A stretch of DNA of 64,000 nucleotides from Candidatus Hydrothermarchaeum profundi (GTDB lineage: Archaea; Hydrothermarchaeota; Hydrothermarchaeia; Hydrothermarchaeales; Hydrothermarchaeaceae), in assembly GCA_002011125.2 (NCBI GenBank), contig MTMF02000009.1:288001-352000 (forward strand), written 5' to 3'. This document shows positions 27,809 through 36,877 of this stretch, in pieces. The notes below the pieces were generated by a model. The model did not search any database and had not been told where the DNA came from. It worked only from the letters and a program-made list of their open reading frames with translations. The translations under genes and the position numbers were made by a program. How positions within the stretch are numbered: the stretch's first letter is position 1; each line of letters begins with the position of its first letter.

Positions 27809-28597
27809 TTAAGCCTTAGTTGAATCGATGACCTCTACTATTCCCCTGTCTGCTTCCTTGGAGATTTTTATATCCTTGATTGATCTTAATCCCATGCTTT
27901 TAGCCGTTCTTTCTAGGCCGAGTTCAATGTTTTTGCTAAGAGCTATAACGAAGGCATCTATTTCATCCATCCCAAGCTCCATTGCAGCTAGTACCCTGTG
28001 ATGGCCGTCTACTAGTATATTCCTATCGCCTGTTCTCACGACAACTATCGGCTCTGCTAGGCCTCTTTTCATCTCGTATTCTCTTCCTCTGAATTCCTCA
28101 GGCTGAACCTTATTTTGGGTAGGTATAAGCTCTGAGATCTTTACTTTTGTAAGCCTGACAACTGTTCTTACGGAGTAGAGGCTTTCTAGGGTTTCGCGTA
28201 CTTTTCTAACTTTATCTGGTGTAACCCTCTCTATATGGGACCGTATAACATCCATGTTGGTGAAAATCCCAACAAGTTTTCTCTCTTCGTTTATTACCGG
28301 CAGCTTGGATAGGCCTTCTCTAAACATTACTCTCGCTGCGTCGGTTACATGGGTGTTGGGGTAGGTAACTATGACTTTCTTAGTCATTACATCCCTAACC
28401 TTCTTCCCCTTCCTTCGCAGAATTAAGTCCCTGCTGGTCACTATTCCTACGATGTTTCCGTTCTTAACCACCGGAAATCCATCGTGACGGCTCTTTCTCA
28501 TAAGCCTTGCAACTTCTTCGAGGGTCTGGTCGGGTGCAACTGTTACAACATATTTTGACATGTAATCGCTGACTTTGCTGTCCGCTTCTTCTTCCAT
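27809..28597 (-). CDS. CBS-pair / ParB-Srx domain protein
   Basis: Two CBS repeats followed by LIPTQ..EPIVV..LVDGHHR. Confidence 0.9.
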   Translation of the reverse strand: MEEEADSKVSDYMSKYVVTVAPDQTLEEVARLMRKSRHDGFPVVKNGNIVGIVTSRDLILRRKGKKVRDVMTKKVIVTYPNTHVTDAARVMFREGLSKLPVINEERKLVGIFTNMDVIRSHIERVTPDKVRKVRETLESLYSVRTVVRLTKVKISELIPTQNKVQPEEFRGREYEMKRGLAEPIVVVRTGDRNILVDGHHRVLAAMELGMDEIDAFVIALSKNIELGLERTAKSMGLRSIKDIKISKEADRGIVEVIDSTKA

Positions 28598-28676
28598 ATA
28601 GCTCAACCCCAAGTAGGACTTTAATCTTATAGGTAATCCGTAACATTAAATAAACTTTCTTACACTATTCAACGCC

Positions 28677-28916
28677 ATGGCTAAAAAAGTACTTGATGAG
28701 CTAAAATGGCATCCCGAGAAGTCCCTGAGAGAAAGTGAGATAGTGTACATTCATCGCGGAGCCCCGGGAGACGTGTTGACTGTGAAAGGAGATGAGATAA
28801 TAAGGCTCGAGAAATCTTTTTTCGTCATCCTTAGGTCTGGGAGAGAAACATGTATACCTTACCATAGGATTAAGGAGATAAGAGTTAAAGGGGAGAAGAT
28901 TTGGGAAAAAAAATAA
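28677..28916 (+). CDS. DUF504/MJ1316-family protein
   Basis: VLDELKWHP..YIHRGAP..IPYHRI..W. Confidence 0.88.
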   Translation: MAKKVLDELKWHPEKSLRESEIVYIHRGAPGDVLTVKGDEIIRLEKSFFVILRSGRETCIPYHRIKEIRVKGEKIWEKK

Positions 28917-29101
28917 AAGAGAGTAGGATAATTTCTATGCTCATGGAGATAGGCAGGATTGATCTGTGGACGGGCTTAGGATGGGCCTTGGGATTGGGTG
29001 TGATTTTCGCCGGCTATAAGATGTTGGGAGAATCAGTTTTAACAGGGATAATATTTATTCTCGCTGGACTGTTTATATTACTCTACCACTATAAAGACTG
29101 A
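28901..29101 (+). CDS. Small 2-TM membrane protein
   Basis: 66-aa hydrophobic ORF coupled to the upstream gene; start uncertain. Confidence 0.55.
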   Translation: MGKKIKESRIISMLMEIGRIDLWTGLGWALGLGVIFAGYKMLGESVLTGIIFILAGLFILLYHYKD

Positions 29102-29184
29102 TTTCGCCTCAAATTTTTTATTTAAAAAATAGAGTTTTTAATTAAAGTAAAGTATATATAATTCGCATGGCCTTTTTTTTAATT

Positions 29185-29928
29185 ATGAGTAAAAAGCTTA
29201 TTATTTCTGGGGACCGGGTTCATGATGTTGGCTATAGGTACTTTTTAATGGAAGCTGCCTTAAATTTAGGCATTGAAAGATTTAGGGCTGAAAACAGGGT
29301 TAACAAGAAGCAGCAGGTAATTGCCTTCGTTGAAGGTGAAGAAGAGCAGCTTAATGAGTATTTTGAATTTGTTAAATATAATTTTCCTGAAGGCGCAGAG
29401 GTCGATGATGTTAGGTGGGAGGAATATTCTGGATATATTCCTCGGATCGAGTATTTTGCACTCTTTTTTAATGTCATGCAAACTAGGAAATTTATTGATA
29501 TTGGTAGAAGCATCGATGGAAAAATGAGTGCCTCTTTAGGGAAACAGGACAAGATGCTAGAGAAACAAGACATGATGCTGGAAAAACAAGATAAGATGCT
29601 AGAGAAGCAGGACACTATGATAGAGAAACAAGACATGATGCTAGAGAAACAAGATAAGATGCTAGAGAAACAAGACATGATGCTAGAGAAACAAGATAAG
29701 ATGCTAGAGAAGCAGGACACTATGATAGAGAAACAAGACATGATGCTAGAGAAACAAGACATGATGGTGGAAAAACAAGACGAAACAATTCGCGTTATAA
29801 AAGAGGAGGGGAGAAAGACGCGGGAAGCTTTTAAAAGCCATTTTGACAGGGATATAGCGAAAATTTATGAAGAAATTAATGAGATAAAGACAACGCTTGC
29901 TAAGGTTATTGAGAAAGTTGGAGCGTAA
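29185..29928 (+). CDS. Acylphosphatase-domain protein with heptad-repeat coiled coil
   Basis: GDRVHDVGYR acylphosphatase motif; MLEKQDx repeats. Confidence 0.88.
   Translation: MSKKLIISGDRVHDVGYRYFLMEAALNLGIERFRAENRVNKKQQVIAFVEGEEEQLNEYFEFVKYNFPEGAEVDDVRWEEYSGYIPRIEYFALFFNVMQTRKFIDIGRSIDGKMSASLGKQDKMLEKQDMMLEKQDKMLEKQDTMIEKQDMMLEKQDKMLEKQDMMLEKQDKMLEKQDTMIEKQDMMLEKQDMMVEKQDETIRVIKEEGRKTREAFKSHFDRDIAKIYEEINEIKTTLAKVIEKVGA
29536..29784 (+). repeat. 21-bp coding tandem repeat (about 12 units, MxEKQDx)
   Basis: ATGCTAGAGAAACAAGA(C/T)xxx units; higher-order duplication at 105-bp spacing. Confidence 0.95.
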
Positions 29929-30027
29929 AAATCTTACATCGTCTTTAGTTCTGAAATTCCGTTTAGTAGGCTTGTGAGTCATCTAAAATTTAATGGGATT
30001 AAGGACAGAAGATTGAATTGTGAGGGG

Positions 30028-30681
30028 CTATCTCTCTATTCCTTCCCTGGTATAGCTCGCTTTTACTTTAGTTCTTATACCTCCTCTCACTTTGAAATCC
30101 ATTTCTATATGCATCTCTAAGGGATCACTAACCTCAACAAGGTCCTCAAGGATTTTGTTAACCGCGTGCTCATATGCTATGCCAACATTTCTATAGGAAA
30201 GTAAGTAGTATTTAAGGGACTTAAGCTCTATGCATTTCTTGTTCGGGATATAGCGGATTACTAGGTTAGCAAAGTCGGGAAGCCCGGACCATGGACATAG
30301 GCTGGTGAACTCTTCAGTATCTATGAGTACTTCTATTTTTTTCCCTGGATACTGGTAGTCGAATGTCTCCAAGAAATTTTTATTAACTGCTTCAGGCGCC
30401 TGTATCTCATATGTTAACTTAAACTTCTTTGAAGCCTCTACTATTGAGAACCCTAGTTTCTTTAGCAGCTGCCTCGCCTCTCTGCTGGTGAAATCTTGAG
30501 GCTTTAGTTCTCTGCCGTTTGCATACTTATTCGCCAGCTGTATGATATACCTTGGAGGAAACTGCTCTCCGTCAACCTCTAGATGAAACTTTTTTGAGTA
30601 GCTACTTTGGGGTATTCCCTTCTTCTTTACCTCTTCTATCGCCTTTAGGATATGTTCTCTCGCTATGTTTTTCGGAATCAT
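30028..30681 (-). CDS. queF: preQ0 reductase QueF (type I) with extra N-terminal domain
   Basis: EFTSLCPWSGLPDF (catalytic Cys/Asp), QueF motif ELKSLKYY, YEH, RGG; ~85-aa N-terminal extension. Confidence 0.88.
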   Translation of the reverse strand: MIPKNIAREHILKAIEEVKKKGIPQSSYSKKFHLEVDGEQFPPRYIIQLANKYANGRELKPQDFTSREARQLLKKLGFSIVEASKKFKLTYEIQAPEAVNKNFLETFDYQYPGKKIEVLIDTEEFTSLCPWSGLPDFANLVIRYIPNKKCIELKSLKYYLLSYRNVGIAYEHAVNKILEDLVEVSDPLEMHIEMDFKVRGGIRTKVKASYTREGIER

Positions 30682-30760
30682 GACAAATTCCCGCTCTTTA
30701 TTAGAGTATTTCAAGTTTTCCTTGCTAATAAGCTTACTTTAGTTAATGGTATAACACCTT

Positions 30761-31225
30761 ATGAGAACGTTAACAAGGTTTGAGGAGAGTAGTGAAAGAA
30801 TGTTGAAATATTTTTCTTTAGATTCTAAGATAAAGGGATCAATAAAACAAAAAATGAGAAAAATACTTGAAAACATACCAGAAATTCAATTTGCATATAT
30901 TCATGGCTCATTTCTGAGCGATAAATTTAGAGATATCGATGTAGCTGTTTATTTTGAGGCTGCATACGACAAAAAAAAGCTTTTAAAAAAAGAACTTGAG
31001 CTTGAGGAACTTCTGAGTAGAGAACTAGGTTACCCTGCAGATGTCAGAGCGCTTAATAGCTCCCCCCTCTCCTTTAGATTTAATGTGATAAAGTTTGGGG
31101 AGGTGGTTTTCAGTAAAAATGAGGATCTGAGAAGCGACTTTGAAGCTATGATTATTTCACGATATCATGACTTTGCCTACTTCAGGAGGCTTTACATGAA
31201 GGAGGCTCTTGGTATTGAAATATAA
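30761..31225 (+). CDS. MNT nucleotidyltransferase antitoxin
   Basis: YIHGSF..FRDIDVAV motif; precedes HEPN. Confidence 0.88.
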   Translation: MRTLTRFEESSERMLKYFSLDSKIKGSIKQKMRKILENIPEIQFAYIHGSFLSDKFRDIDVAVYFEAAYDKKKLLKKELELEELLSRELGYPADVRALNSSPLSFRFNVIKFGEVVFSKNEDLRSDFEAMIISRYHDFAYFRRLYMKEALGIEI

Positions 31226-31649
31226 TCCTGATAAAATTAGAAGAGTCTCTTCGGAGTTATTGAATGCCCTTGATAAGCTCAAAGAGCTGGCAAACCTGCC
31301 GAAGGAAGATTTTTTAAGAGACACCCACAAGGTTGCAAGTGCTAAGTATCATCTTCTTGTTGCTATTGAAGCATCTATAGACATGTGCAACCATTTAATT
31401 TCCCAAAACAGGCTGAGAACACCTGAGGATTACGCCGATACCTTTAGGGTTATGTATGAATATGGCATGTTCTCCGAGGAATTCCTATCTAATCTACTCG
31501 CAATGGTGAGATTCAGAAACCGCCTAGTTCACATCTACTGGGAAATCGATAACAGCCTTGTATATCAAATCCTTAAGGAGGATATCTCTGACCTAGAAGC
31601 TTTTATGAAATATTTCACCGACTTCCTTAATAGAAGTCAGGAAAGGTGA
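31209..31649 (+). CDS. HEPN (DUF86) RNase toxin
   Basis: FRNRLVHIY (RX4HXY). Confidence 0.9.
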   Translation: MVLKYNPDKIRRVSSELLNALDKLKELANLPKEDFLRDTHKVASAKYHLLVAIEASIDMCNHLISQNRLRTPEDYADTFRVMYEYGMFSEEFLSNLLAMVRFRNRLVHIYWEIDNSLVYQILKEDISDLEAFMKYFTDFLNRSQER

Positions 31650-31894
31650 GGTCTATATAAAAAAGTCTTAGAAAGTAAGAGTTATTTTAAGACTAAAAAG
31701 TTAATCTGTAAATGCAACTTTCCAGCGCAGGGCTATAGAAATTGTTTTTTATGAAATGCATTATCTTCAAGGTGAAATGTTAGCACCAGAAGTAAGCTGT
31801 TCAGAGCAGCCAAATGTGCTGATAAAACATTGGATTGAGCTTACTTCTGGTTAAGCTTATTAATTATGAGACATCAAAATACCTAAGGAGTTCC

Positions 31895-32289
31895 ATGAAA
31901 GAAAAAAGAGTAATCAGATACAAGGACAAAATAGATTTCATCGTAAGTAATATTGAATCCATACCAGAAAAACCAAAAGGTGACCTAGAAATAAGCGGGG
32001 TATTTTATAAGCTTCATACATCTATAGAAGCTGTAATGGATCTGGTAGCAAGGGTTTTGAAGGACATTGGAAAAAAATCGAAGACGACTACGCAAACATA
32101 GAAGTTTTAAAGGAATCTGGAATAATAACAGAGAAGCTTGCTGAAAAGTTGAGAAAGTGCAATGGGTTGAGGAACTATCTTGTTCATAGATATAACAAGG
32201 TTGATGATAAGATAGCATTAGGTTCTGTTAATGAGGTTAAAGAGACTCTCTATGATTTTATAGAGGTTGTGGAGAGGTTTTTAAAGTGA
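31895..32289 (+). pseudogene. HEPN (DUF86) gene, frameshifted
   Basis: The frame breaks at A7 32071-32077 and continues IEDDYANIE..CNGLRNYLVHRYN. Confidence 0.8.
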
Positions 32290-32682
32290 ACTTGAAAAAA
32301 ATAAAAAAAAGATCTCAAATTTCTGAGGGATTATGAGGTAATCCTCTACCGATCCTATATAACAGGGGAGTTTAGATCTGGATCAGATATTGATGTCGCA
32401 GTAATAACTAGGATTAGAGATTATGATAAAAACATAAGGCTTTTGAAGAGTTTTATAGGGAAAACCAAACCGATCTATGACATAAGAATATTTGAGCTTC
32501 TTACGCTTAAGCTGAAGGCATCTGTGATGAGCGACTATCTAGTTATTTATGGCGATGAACTGGAGATATCAGAATATTTCTATTATTATAGAAAACTGTG
32601 GAACGACCAAAAGCACAGGATACTAGGAGGATATTATAAAAGCTATAATGAGAAAATAGCTGCTATAAAATCTGGACGATAG
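32286..32682 (+). pseudogene. MNT nucleotidyltransferase, frameshifted
   Basis: Extra A in A8 32303-32310; motif ILYRSY..SDIDVAV with the conserved GS changed to RS. Confidence 0.75.
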
Positions 32683-32780
32683 CCTTTTTTCTAATTGAGG
32701 ACTACAATAAAAATAAGTGAAAGGTTAAGCTTAATTTATACACGTTTTCCAAAATATTTGTGATTGCATACCGGAATTAG

Positions 32781-32845
32781 GGTTAGGCTTATAATTAAGA
32801 GGCTGGAGGAGTAGAAGGGTTTGAAAAGGTTTACTGGTTCAGACG
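32781..32845 (+). repeat. Relic copy of part of the gene at 34478-34849
   Basis: VRLIIKRLE-VEGFEKVYWFRR versus VRLITKRLEKVEGFEDVYWFRR at 34696-34761. Confidence 0.8.
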
Positions 32846-32954
32846 AGGAAGGAATACTCAATGGACCCTTACCCTTGGCAATATATTACTCTATACTTTG
32901 TTAAGCAAATATAATCCATAATGTTTATATATAAATTGCTTATTTTATTTGCAT

Positions 32955-34310
32955 ATGGAAAAAGACTATATCATAAATTATCTTAAAACGAAAAACTACT
33001 GGTGGACTAAGAGAAAAGTTGAGCCAGAAGATAAAGGAATTCTAAGGAAAGAGTATATCAAAGCAATCGAAGAGATGTTTAAGTACGAGAGGATAGTAGC
33101 ACTTTCTGGATTAAGAAGGTCTGGGAAGACAACAATATTGTTTCAAGTTATCGATGATTTAATCAAAAAGGTTGACCCAGAAAAGATCGTGTATTTTAAA
33201 ATAGATGATTTGATTGAAAAAATAAATGACCTGCATGACGTAATAAAAATATATCAGGAAATTACTGGAAGGGACCCGATAAAAGAGGAAATTTTCTTTT
33301 TTATTGACGAGTTACACTTTTTGAAAAACTGGCAGATTCAGGTGAAATACTATATCGATGCCCACGCAAAAAGCAAGTTTATAGTATCTGGGTCTTCAAA
33401 AACACTCCTTTACAGGGATGCTTCTGAGAGTCTTGCAGGGCGTATAAAGTTTATAGACGTCTTCCCTTTGACATTTAAAGAGTTTTTAGAATTCAACGGC
33501 ATAGAAATTAAGACTTCTATAGATTTTCTTGATTACGAGAAAATGAAAGATTTTTACTATGATTTGATAACTCAAAAAGAACAGATATTATATTATTTTA
33601 ATCGGTATATGGAAATAGGCGGTTTTCCAGAATGGTTCAAAATTAAAAACCTTTCTTCTTGGTATAAAACCCTTGAGGATTACATTTCCTTAATACTGTT
33701 TAAAGACATCGTCAGTGTGTTTAAAATTAAAGATCCTCTACTACTCGAAAAGATGGTTAAAGAAATTGCACAGCTTTCGACAAACAGATTCAGCTATCTT
33801 GGGCTTTCCAAGAGGCTGGATGCAGATAGAGAAACTATAAAGCTTTACCTCTTCTATCTTAAAAGTTCTATGCTTATTTTTACAGCAGAAGTGTATTCAA
33901 CAACCAAGAGAATGCGGGAGATGAAAGAAAAAAAAATCTATTTCTGGGAAGAGGGGCTTAGGAAAGCATTAACGCTGGATACTGTTGAAGCCAAGGCTGT
34001 GGAAAATATTGTTGCTTGGCATCTCATAAAGAAAGGGCTTGAATCTAAGACATTCTTCACTCCATTTTACTGGAAAAATAGGCATGAAGTTGATTTTGTG
34101 TTCGATGACTCAAAACACATAACGGCAGTAGAAGTGAAATACAGGTCAGAGATATCTAACAGCGACATCAAAGGCCTGCTGGAGTTTATCGGAAAATTCA
34201 ATCTTGAAAAGGCCGCGGTAGTAACAAGAGACCTAATTGAGAGAAGAGAGATTGAGGGAAAAGAGATTTTATTCATCCCTGCATGGCTGCTTTTGCTAAG
34301 CCTACGCTAA
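32955..34310 (+). CDS. AAA_14/DUF4143 ATPase
   Basis: GLRRSGKT, FFIDE, SGSS, LAGR, GGFPE, C-terminal EVDFV..AVEVK. Confidence 0.92.
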   Translation: MEKDYIINYLKTKNYWWTKRKVEPEDKGILRKEYIKAIEEMFKYERIVALSGLRRSGKTTILFQVIDDLIKKVDPEKIVYFKIDDLIEKINDLHDVIKIYQEITGRDPIKEEIFFFIDELHFLKNWQIQVKYYIDAHAKSKFIVSGSSKTLLYRDASESLAGRIKFIDVFPLTFKEFLEFNGIEIKTSIDFLDYEKMKDFYYDLITQKEQILYYFNRYMEIGGFPEWFKIKNLSSWYKTLEDYISLILFKDIVSVFKIKDPLLLEKMVKEIAQLSTNRFSYLGLSKRLDADRETIKLYLFYLKSSMLIFTAEVYSTTKRMREMKEKKIYFWEEGLRKALTLDTVEAKAVENIVAWHLIKKGLESKTFFTPFYWKNRHEVDFVFDDSKHITAVEVKYRSEISNSDIKGLLEFIGKFNLEKAAVVTRDLIERREIEGKEILFIPAWLLLLSLR

Positions 34311-34477
34311 AAAGGGATGATAAAGGACGGTCTTGTACGCCTTCTACTATAAGCTCCCATTCAAATTCCGGATCTAGGGTTCGTATGGTTTTTTCGATTC
34401 TCATCGCTTTTTCTAAATGCTTTTCTTTTTTCACCGCAAAGCTTTAATATCCTATTGCTAGGATAAGGCAAATTTAG

Positions 34478-34849
34478 GTGAGGAATAAGTTGAGGTGTAG
34501 TCACAGAGACTCTGGAAAGGATTGGTTTCCACGCTTGGATAACAAGATTTCCTCTCCTCATCCGGTATGCGGGGGATGTGGCGCCGTTAAGAACATCGGA
34601 GATAGAGGGAAGAAGCTCGGCTACTACGTTAATACGCTTTACGAGATCAAAGAATACCTGGAGGAGAGAAAGAAAGGAAAGATAACTGAAGCCCAGGTTA
34701 GGCTCATAACCAAGAGGCTAGAGAAGGTAGAGGGATTTGAAGATGTCTACTGGTTTAGACGCTCAACGCAGAAAGACATTTTCGTAGAGGCTGTGAATAG
34801 ATATACGGGACTATCTCCGAGTTTCATAGAATCCTTCCTAGCCAGCTGA
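34478..34849 (+). CDS. Conserved archaeal hypothetical protein (Cys/His motif)
   Basis: CSH..PHPVCGGCGAVKN pattern; 123 aa. Confidence 0.75.
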   Translation: MRNKLRCSHRDSGKDWFPRLDNKISSPHPVCGGCGAVKNIGDRGKKLGYYVNTLYEIKEYLEERKKGKITEAQVRLITKRLEKVEGFEDVYWFRRSTQKDIFVEAVNRYTGLSPSFIESFLAS

Positions 34850-34929
34850 ATCGACCTGTATGGAGGAATGAGAAGAGGCTGGTTTGGTGTAGCTTAGGGT
34901 ATCGTCGATATTAAAAACTGGAAGATTGC

Positions 34930-35291
34930 GGGTATATCTTAGAACTTAGCTTTATCTGGCCAAAAATCGGTATCGGTTTCTTCAGAGGTGTACGACGGCA
35001 TAATAACAGCATATATTTCTAGTGGCTACGAAATTCAAGGGATTCAAAGCTTGATGCAGATCTGAGGTCGCTTCCTCATGAAGTTATACCTCGCACCTTG
35101 GAGATATTAGTCAAAGCGCTAGAACTATATGCAAGAAATGGAGGAAGCTGCATTATTTTGACTCTTTTCATGTTGCTACATCAATAATATTAGAGTTGCC
35201 CTTGATTACTAGCGACAGGTATATCCTGAAAAACTCTGAATCCCTAGGTTTAAAGGCAATTGCTCTGGGAAAGGTGGAAGAATTTTTGTAA
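34930..35291 (+). pseudogene. PIN-domain (VapC-like) relic
   Basis: Frameshifted pieces VSSEVYDGII.. / LEILVKALELY / KLHYFDSFHVATSIILELPLITSDRYI. Confidence 0.6.
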
Positions 35292-35384
35292 AAAACCATG
35301 CTCCAGGGAACATAGAAAATAGTAAGAGAAGCATGCTCAAGTAGCAAAACTTTTATAGCTGCCTCGTTAAATTGCAACTCTAGC

Positions 35385-36581
35385 ATGGAAGAATATGAGG
35401 TTTCTCTTAAGGACTATATTGATGTTATTTGGAAGGAGAAAATAATCATAGCAATAATCTTAGCCTTGTCACTTGTTTCAGCACTGATTTTCTCTATCAT
35501 GCAACCTAATGTGTATGAAACTCGTACTACCTTAATGATCACTCCAAGGATAGCCGAGGAGCTTGAGGGAGCCCAAGCTACTGCTACTGTGCCTAGTTTT
35601 TATATATCTCCTGAGACCTATGAGAAGCTCGCGGTTACTAATGACATACTGGTTGGGATAATTAAGGAGCTACAGCTGAAGGGGAATAGCGAGGAGTTGA
35701 CCGTAGAGGCTCTAAGGAGTATGATGACGCCTAGGATAGAGATGGCTGAGAAAGGTAAAACGCTACTACCCTTGCTTACCATGAAGGTGAAAGGCACCAA
35801 CCCTGAGGAGCTGAGAGATATCGCCGATGCCTGGGGGAGACTTTTCATAGAGAAGAACACTGAACTGTTATCCACTAGGACGGCTCAGTCTTACGAGTTT
35901 ATCTCTGAGAGATTTGAGGAGGTCAGCAACGATCTCAGAAAGAAGGAAGAGGAGAAAATAAAGTATATGGAGGAAAATCCCCTGAGCACTCTTCAGACCG
36001 AGCTAACTGTGGCGAAAACGACATATGAGGAGCGGCTAAGCATGCTTGACGCTAAGAGGAGGGAGCTGAACGAGAGCGCGGCAAGGCTTAAGAGCTTGGA
36101 AGAAGAGATAAAGGATGAGCCAGAGTTCCTCCAATGGAGTGCTCCATCCGCGTCTTGGATCGTTACTGCTGAGGCTCTGAAGAACCCCACCTATTTCTCA
36201 TTGAAAGAAAGCATAATAGAGACCAAGGTATTCATAGACACTACCAAGGGTGAGATCTCATATCTAGAGGAAGAGGTCCGCAAGCTCAAGTCTGAGATAG
36301 ATGAAAAGGAAGCCAGAATAAACGAGATCCAAATAATCTTGGACAGGATGGATAGGGAGATTTCTTCTCTTAAGTCTGCCTACGATTTCCTCTCTGACAA
36401 GCTTTTAGAAGCAAGGATAGCTAAGGAAGAACAGCTACAATCAATAAAGATCGTTGAAGAGCCTGTCGTGCCACAAGTCCCCACCGGGCCTTCGAAAATA
36501 CTCAACATCGCTATCGCCAGTATATTAGGGTTGTTTGTCGGCATCTTTGCAGCATTTTTCAAGAATTACATGGAAGAATGA
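35385..36581 (+). CDS. Wzz/GumC-like polysaccharide chain-length determinant
   Basis: EVSLKDYIDVIW + TM + PNVYE, long coiled coil, EEPVVPQVPTGP + C-terminal TM. Confidence 0.88.
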   Translation: MEEYEVSLKDYIDVIWKEKIIIAIILALSLVSALIFSIMQPNVYETRTTLMITPRIAEELEGAQATATVPSFYISPETYEKLAVTNDILVGIIKELQLKGNSEELTVEALRSMMTPRIEMAEKGKTLLPLLTMKVKGTNPEELRDIADAWGRLFIEKNTELLSTRTAQSYEFISERFEEVSNDLRKKEEEKIKYMEENPLSTLQTELTVAKTTYEERLSMLDAKRRELNESAARLKSLEEEIKDEPEFLQWSAPSASWIVTAEALKNPTYFSLKESIIETKVFIDTTKGEISYLEEEVRKLKSEIDEKEARINEIQIILDRMDREISSLKSAYDFLSDKLLEARIAKEEQLQSIKIVEEPVVPQVPTGPSKILNIAIASILGLFVGIFAAFFKNYMEE

Positions 36582-36877
36582 GTATTGATCTATTTTTCCT
36601 ATTAGCTATATGATAATATCTCCAGTATATTTCAGTAGGAGTAGTTATAAGCATAAAGTTTTTTTACGTTTTTAAAGATCAGTTATTCATGCTCAGAAGG
36701 AGTTGAGAGTAATTGAGTGGAAGCTTAAAATCTCTCATATCTAATACACACAAACTACAATGGCTTTATTATAGAGGAGTTATAAATTAAAAACCGTTCA
36801 TAGTTCATAACGGCTTATCAATTTTATATATTCAGGTATATAAATAAGTTATGATATTTCTAGGAGGTAGAAGAATT

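Noticed and set aside
29232-29762. 176-aa antisense ORF and other short overlapping ORFs (e.g. 16967-17497, 19234-19677, 55685-56203)
   Set aside because: Shadow frames of well-supported genes on the opposite strand, with no motifs or RBS
29536-29784. CRISPR array
   Set aside because: Contiguous 21-bp in-frame coding repeats with no unique spacers; no cas genes in the window
21065-31649. RNA-repair system formed by RtcA, DUF504 and HEPN toxins
   Set aside because: The genes are kilobases apart in separate transcription units, and no RtcB or ligase is present
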